Assembly (NCBI GenBank): GCA_963758635.1
Contig: CAVWWD010000008.1
Span: forward strand, 864,001 to 928,000
DNA: 64,000 nucleotides
Reading direction: 5' to 3'
Origin: an uncultured Candidatus Rokubacteria bacterium
GTDB lineage: Bacteria; Methylomirabilota; Methylomirabilia; Rokubacteriales; CSP1-6
Under the pieces are notes generated by a model. It was given only the letters and a program-made list of their open reading frames with translations. It made no database searches and was not told where the DNA came from. Of this stretch, positions 60,240 to 64,000 are shown piece by piece (position 1 is the stretch's first letter; the number at the start of each line of letters is the position of its first letter). The translations under genes and the position numbers were made by a program.

Positions 60240-61679
60240 CTACGCGACGAGCAACGCATGGTCGCGAAGACGTTGCAGGATGTCGTCGGTGAGGCGCCCG
60301 ACATCCAACTCGTCGCCCCGCCGGCGCCGCATCCAATCCCGGACGATCGTGCCCGATTCGAGGGCGTGGGCCACCGACGCGGCGACATCGTCTCGGCTGT
60401 GGACGCCATCCAGAAGAGTGACCACGTGACGGCCGAGGTCCGTCAACCGCACGGCGTCCCCTCTCTGATCGGTCACCGTCGAATCGCTGAGGGCCTGAAG
60501 ACGAACCAGCGGACTGACCGTTGGCCGATCACTGACGCAGCTCGCCACGCAGGGAGGTGACAGCGCCACGTCCATCAGCCCCGCCGCATACGCGTCCATG
60601 AAAAAGCGTGTCGGCGCCTCGCCGCGCTCCAGCAGCTCGCTGAAGGCCACGAATCCGGGACGCCTCTCCGCCAGGCGGGACAGGGCTTCCTGGATCAGCG
60701 GATTTGGCGCGACGAGCTCCCCGCGCGCGACCAGGCTGATCCAGGAGTCGCGCAGAACCGCGTCTTCAGGGCGGCCGGTGATCCGGACATCCTGGTGACA
60801 CACGAGGGCGCCCCGGCCCGCGCAATTGGTGAGGAAGTCCACGTACTGCTGCCGGTCCAAGCGCGGGAGCTCATCGAGAAACTCGCGCACGGCCGCGGGC
60901 TCGCGAGGCCCACGGAGACGAGTGACGTCGGAATCGGCCACGAATTGCAAGCCCGCTTCACCGATCAGCTGGACGAACTCGTGAAAGTAGAACGCCTGGT
61001 GATGCTCCGAGAACGCCAGGTGATACAGCTGCTCGTCGCTGATCGCGCTGAAGCGGAAGTACTCCTCGCGCAGCAGGTCCGCGTAGGGCCCGGGGCTCTG
61101 GTCCTGGACGGCGGCGCCCATGGCGAGCATGCGGCGCGCTTGATCGACGGCCTGTCGAGGGTCGGAGAGGCCGGCGGCGTGGTACCGCATCATGTCGCGG
61201 GCGAGGCCGTGGAGGCGCCATCCGGGCAACGCGTCATAGAAGAGGTAGCCGACTCCGCGGGGAGCCAGGTTCCGCTTCTCGACGGACAGGATCTTCTGCC
61301 GCACCGTCGGCGCGACCCACGAGAACACGTCGTGGCACAGGACGTAGTCGAACGCGCCCCACCCGTCGTCCACATCGCAGATGTCGACGTGCCGCAGCTC
61401 GACGTTGGTGAGGCCCAGGCCGTCGATGAGGCGTTGCGCTGATCCAAGCGCGCTCCGGCTGAGGTCACATCCGATGAAGCGAGCCCCCGGATGCGCCAGT
61501 GCCAGCGGGATCAGGTTGGCGGCGCTCCCACATCCCAGCTCCAGAACCCGGGCGTGCGCCGTGGGGGCCGCGAGCAGACCGAACAGCCTGGCGAGCACCT
61601 CGATCCGCCGGACGTTCGCACCCGGTACGCTCGTGCCGCGAAACGGCACGAGGTCGTAGGGATACGCGCCAGAACTCAT
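60240..61679 (-). CDS. Class I SAM methyltransferase with methyltransferase-regulatory domain (rickettsial PKMT-like)
   Basis: YDLVPF, ARLFGL, VLELGCGSAANL, FIGCDLS, FDYVLCHDVFSWV, LPGW, YFHEF, QYVDFL; C-terminal winged-helix-like LLDG. Confidence 0.85.
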   Translation of the reverse strand: MSSGAYPYDLVPFRGTSVPGANVRRIEVLARLFGLLAAPTAHARVLELGCGSAANLIPLALAHPGARFIGCDLSRSALGSAQRLIDGLGLTNVELRHVDICDVDDGWGAFDYVLCHDVFSWVAPTVRQKILSVEKRNLAPRGVGYLFYDALPGWRLHGLARDMMRYHAAGLSDPRQAVDQARRMLAMGAAVQDQSPGPYADLLREEYFRFSAISDEQLYHLAFSEHHQAFYFHEFVQLIGEAGLQFVADSDVTRLRGPREPAAVREFLDELPRLDRQQYVDFLTNCAGRGALVCHQDVRITGRPEDAVLRDSWISLVARGELVAPNPLIQEALSRLAERRPGFVAFSELLERGEAPTRFFMDAYAAGLMDVALSPPCVASCVSDRPTVSPLVRLQALSDSTVTDQRGDAVRLTDLGRHVVTLLDGVHSRDDVAASVAHALESGTIVRDWMRRRRGDELDVGRLTDDILQRLRDHALLVA

Positions 61680-61734
61680 GCGGCGCTCGCCTGCGGACAG
61701 GTGCGGATTCGATCCGCTCCAGCAGGCTTCGGCG

Positions 61735-61869
61735 CTACACCAGGGTTCGGGGACTCTTCAGTAGCTCCGAGAGCAACCGGGCGAGCGTCATCCGGTCTGC
61801 TGCATTCGTCACCGCCTGGCCCTGGCTGAACTGGTGGGCGCCCGCGAACGTGATGCCCGATCGTTGCAG
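61735..61869 (-). other. Second, 5'-truncated copy of the upstream peptide gene (44 codons + TAG)
   Basis: Encodes LQRSGITFAGAHQFSQGQAVTNAADRMTLARLLSELLKSPRTLV*; 37/44 aa identical to 61899-62033; no clear start codon. Confidence 0.75.
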
Positions 61870-61898
61870 ACTCCTATCGGCTGCGGCGTGCTCCGGTG

Positions 61899-62149
61899 CT
61901 ACACGAGCGTCCCGGAACTCTTCAGCAGCTCCGATAGCAGCCGGGCGAGCGTCATCCGATCCGCGGCATTCGTCACCGCCTGGCCCTGGCTGAATTGCTG
62001 GGCGCTCGCGTACGTGATGCCCGTTTGCTGCAGTGTCGACACCAAGAGATGGGTATCGATCGGGGTCGTGAGGGAGAAGCGGGCGGCCGTGAGAGCATCA
62101 TTGGGTCCGCCTGCGGTACCTGCGGGCTGACACCCTGCGGCAAGTCCAT
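61899..62149 (-). CDS. Small (~83 aa) Gln/Thr/Ala-rich helical protein, tentatively RebB-like
   Basis: GGAGG before ATG at 62149. Restoring one C in the run near 62104 gives MDLPQGVSPQVPQADPNDALTAARFSLTTPIDTHLLVSTLQQTGITYASAQQFSQGQAVTNAADRMTLARLLSELLKSSGTLV. Confidence 0.7.
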
Positions 62150-62281
62150 CAGGATAACCTCCCGGAGCCACGAGGTAAAGGATGGCGCTCGGCGACCCAG
62201 CATAGCCGTCTACCGGAGCTGACGCCGGTAGCTGCTAACGGTCCTGCGGCTCTATCGGCGGCTGAACCGACGAGCCTCGCT

Positions 62282-63145
62282 CTAGGCGAGGTCGGCGTGG
62301 GCGCTCACGGCGACCGTGCCTTCCGGCGTGACGGCCCAGAGGTCGCAGGACGTGCCGTCGGGTGAGGGGCGGCCGCGCAGCTCGAAGGGCGCGGTGTCGA
62401 AGAGGGGAGCGCGGGCCTGGGCGCGGTAGCTCACGAGCGTGCGGCCGGGGTTCTGGTCGCGCGCGAAGTCGATCAGGAGCGTGGAGCTGAGCGGCCCGTG
62501 GACGACCAGCCCCGGGTAGCCTTCCTTGTCCATGGCCCAGGCGCGATCGTAGTGGATGCGGTGGCTGTTGAACGTGAGCGCGGAGAATCGGAACAGCAGC
62601 ACGGCGTCGGGCGTGATGCGGCGCCGCCATGGCGCATCGGCCGGCGCCTCCTCGCGCCGGGGCGCCTGGTTGCGCTCCCCCGCCTTCACCTCTTCGCGAA
62701 ACACCGTGCGCCGCTCCTCCTCGACGGCGAGGCCGCCGGGCCCGTGGATCCGGCTCACCACCGTGGCGAACACCAGCGTGCCGGTGGCGCCGTCCTTGGC
62801 CGAGAGGTCCGCGAGCTCGGTCTCGCGGCGAACGGCCTCGCCGATCCGGAGCGGACGGTGGAACCGGAGCGCCTCGCCCGCGAACATCCGGCGGGGCAGG
62901 GGCATCGGCGGGACCACGCCGGTGTCGGCGGGGCTCCCGTCGGGGTGGAGCTGGCCGGGGCGGAAGCGGGGCAGGAAGTAGAGGATCTGCCAGCCCGGAG
63001 GCAGCGGGTCGCCCTCCCGGAGCTCCGGCTCGGGCCGATCGAAGGCCAGGCGCAGGAGGTTGGCCGGGCCGGGGGTCACAACGTCCTCGGCGACGATCCG
63101 GCGGCCGATGTGGGACTTCAGGTCGTCCAGGGTCACGGTGGTCAT
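62282..63145 (-). CDS. MaoC/FAS1-like double hot-dog dehydratase (mesaconyl-C4-/itaconyl-CoA hydratase-like)
   Basis: PRRMFAG, LLFRFSALTFNSHRIHYD, EGYPGLVVHGPL. Confidence 0.88.
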   Translation of the reverse strand: MTTVTLDDLKSHIGRRIVAEDVVTPGPANLLRLAFDRPEPELREGDPLPPGWQILYFLPRFRPGQLHPDGSPADTGVVPPMPLPRRMFAGEALRFHRPLRIGEAVRRETELADLSAKDGATGTLVFATVVSRIHGPGGLAVEEERRTVFREEVKAGERNQAPRREEAPADAPWRRRITPDAVLLFRFSALTFNSHRIHYDRAWAMDKEGYPGLVVHGPLSSTLLIDFARDQNPGRTLVSYRAQARAPLFDTAPFELRGRPSPDGTSCDLWAVTPEGTVAVSAHADLA

Positions 63146-63256
63146 GGCTCGCGCCTCCTTGGCGATCCCTGCTATCATGCGGCAAACGCCGAGCCGGCGT
63201 CGAACGGCGGAATACCACTCGCGCGACCTTCACGCGCGACCTTCACGGAGGAGAGC

Positions 63257-63847
63257 ATGGCGAACAGTGTCCAGACCCCAAGGGGCGTCAACCACCTCGT
63301 CCTGAACGTCAGCGACATCGAGGTCTCGCACAAGTTCTGGACGGAGGTCATGGGCTTCAAGTGCGTGGCCCAGCTCAAGCCCATCCCCGGTCGGGTGCGG
63401 CCGAACATGCGCTTCTACAGCGGCCTGGACCCGGAGGGCAACGTGACGCACCACGACCTGGCCCTGGCCGAGGTGCCGAAGGGCGGCAACGGCGAGGCCA
63501 GCGGCGAGGTGTGGAACCTCATGCCGCGCCGGATCGGCCTCAACCACGTCGCGATCGCGTGGCCGGACCGCGAGTCCTGGCTCCAGCAGGTGGCGTTCCT
63601 CCAGGAGAAGGGCGTGACGTTCCACCGCCGCATCAACCACGGCATGACCCACAGCGTGTACATCTCCGATCCGGACGGGCACGGGATCGAGGTGCTCTAC
63701 GAGCTTCCGCGCGAGGTCTGGGGCGAGGACATCGACGCCGCCCAGAACTTCTCCGAGGCGCTCCCGACCGAGGGCCCGGAGGCCCTGATCGACCGGACCG
63801 ACTACCCCGTCTTCAACGCGGCCCCCGCGCCCGCCGCGGCCCGCTGA
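63257..63847 (+). CDS. VOC family protein
   Basis: RBS GGAGG; GVNHLVLNV, HHDLAL, GLNHVAI, SVYISDPDGHGIEV. Confidence 0.88.
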   Translation: MANSVQTPRGVNHLVLNVSDIEVSHKFWTEVMGFKCVAQLKPIPGRVRPNMRFYSGLDPEGNVTHHDLALAEVPKGGNGEASGEVWNLMPRRIGLNHVAIAWPDRESWLQQVAFLQEKGVTFHRRINHGMTHSVYISDPDGHGIEVLYELPREVWGEDIDAAQNFSEALPTEGPEALIDRTDYPVFNAAPAPAAAR

Positions 63848-63904
63848 TCCGAGCCACGGGGGCGCGGCGGCCCTGAGCGCGCCGCGCCCCCGGTTCCCAC
63901 CGCC

Positions 63905-64000
63905 GTGCGCGTCTTCGTCTTCGACCTCCTGCCGTACAGCGAGCACCTCGATCACCTGAAGGACGGCAAGGAGCTGCCGTGGCCCCTGCCGCGACGGCAC
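63905..64000 (+). CDS. Probable LLM class oxidoreductase, N-terminal fragment (runs off right edge)
   Basis: VRVFVFDLLPYSEHLDHLKDGKELPWPLPRRH resembles N-termini of one LLM subfamily; only 32 codons visible. Confidence 0.5.
   Translation, partial: MRVFVFDLLPYSEHLDHLKDGKELPWPLPRRH

Noticed and set aside
61735..62033. Diversity-generating retroelement TR/VR pair
   Set aside because: Mismatches are not adenine-specific (G/C, C/T and C/G changes occur), most are synonymous, and no reverse transcriptase is in the window.
63222..63247. 13-bp tandem duplication CGCGACCTTCACG before an RBS
   Set aside because: Two short copies only; consistent with slippage, no evidence of function.

Overview
Very GC-rich bacterial chromosomal window. 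The gene content (amidohydrolases, LLM oxidoreductases, VOC proteins, CoA-transferase, Rieske oxygenase) suggests a soil or subsurface organism such as Candidatus Rokubacteria; this is inference only. About 58 coding regions are visible, mostly catabolic and redox enzymes, plus putA, pssA, thrC/metB, recQ, ahpC and two RND efflux loci. Single-base frameshifts break many ordinary genes, which points to long-read consensus errors rather than real pseudogenes. No rRNA, tRNA, CRISPR array, integrase or transposase was recognised. Standouts: (1) an NLR-like TIR-NB-ARC-TPR gene with nine near-identical 45-aa repeats carrying variable positions (16.4-19.3 kb); (2) a small peptide gene plus a second copy of its C-terminal 44 codons under apparent purifying selection, directly upstream of a PKMT-like SAM methyltransferase, with tentative RebB (R-body) resemblance (60.2-62.1 kb); (3) a plant-type threonine synthase/cystathionine gamma-synthase pair; (4) a repeat-rich 56-59.7 kb segment with 56-bp inverted repeats, a MITE-like element, a 5x20-bp array and a deleted ADH relic around an Xsc-like TPP enzyme.
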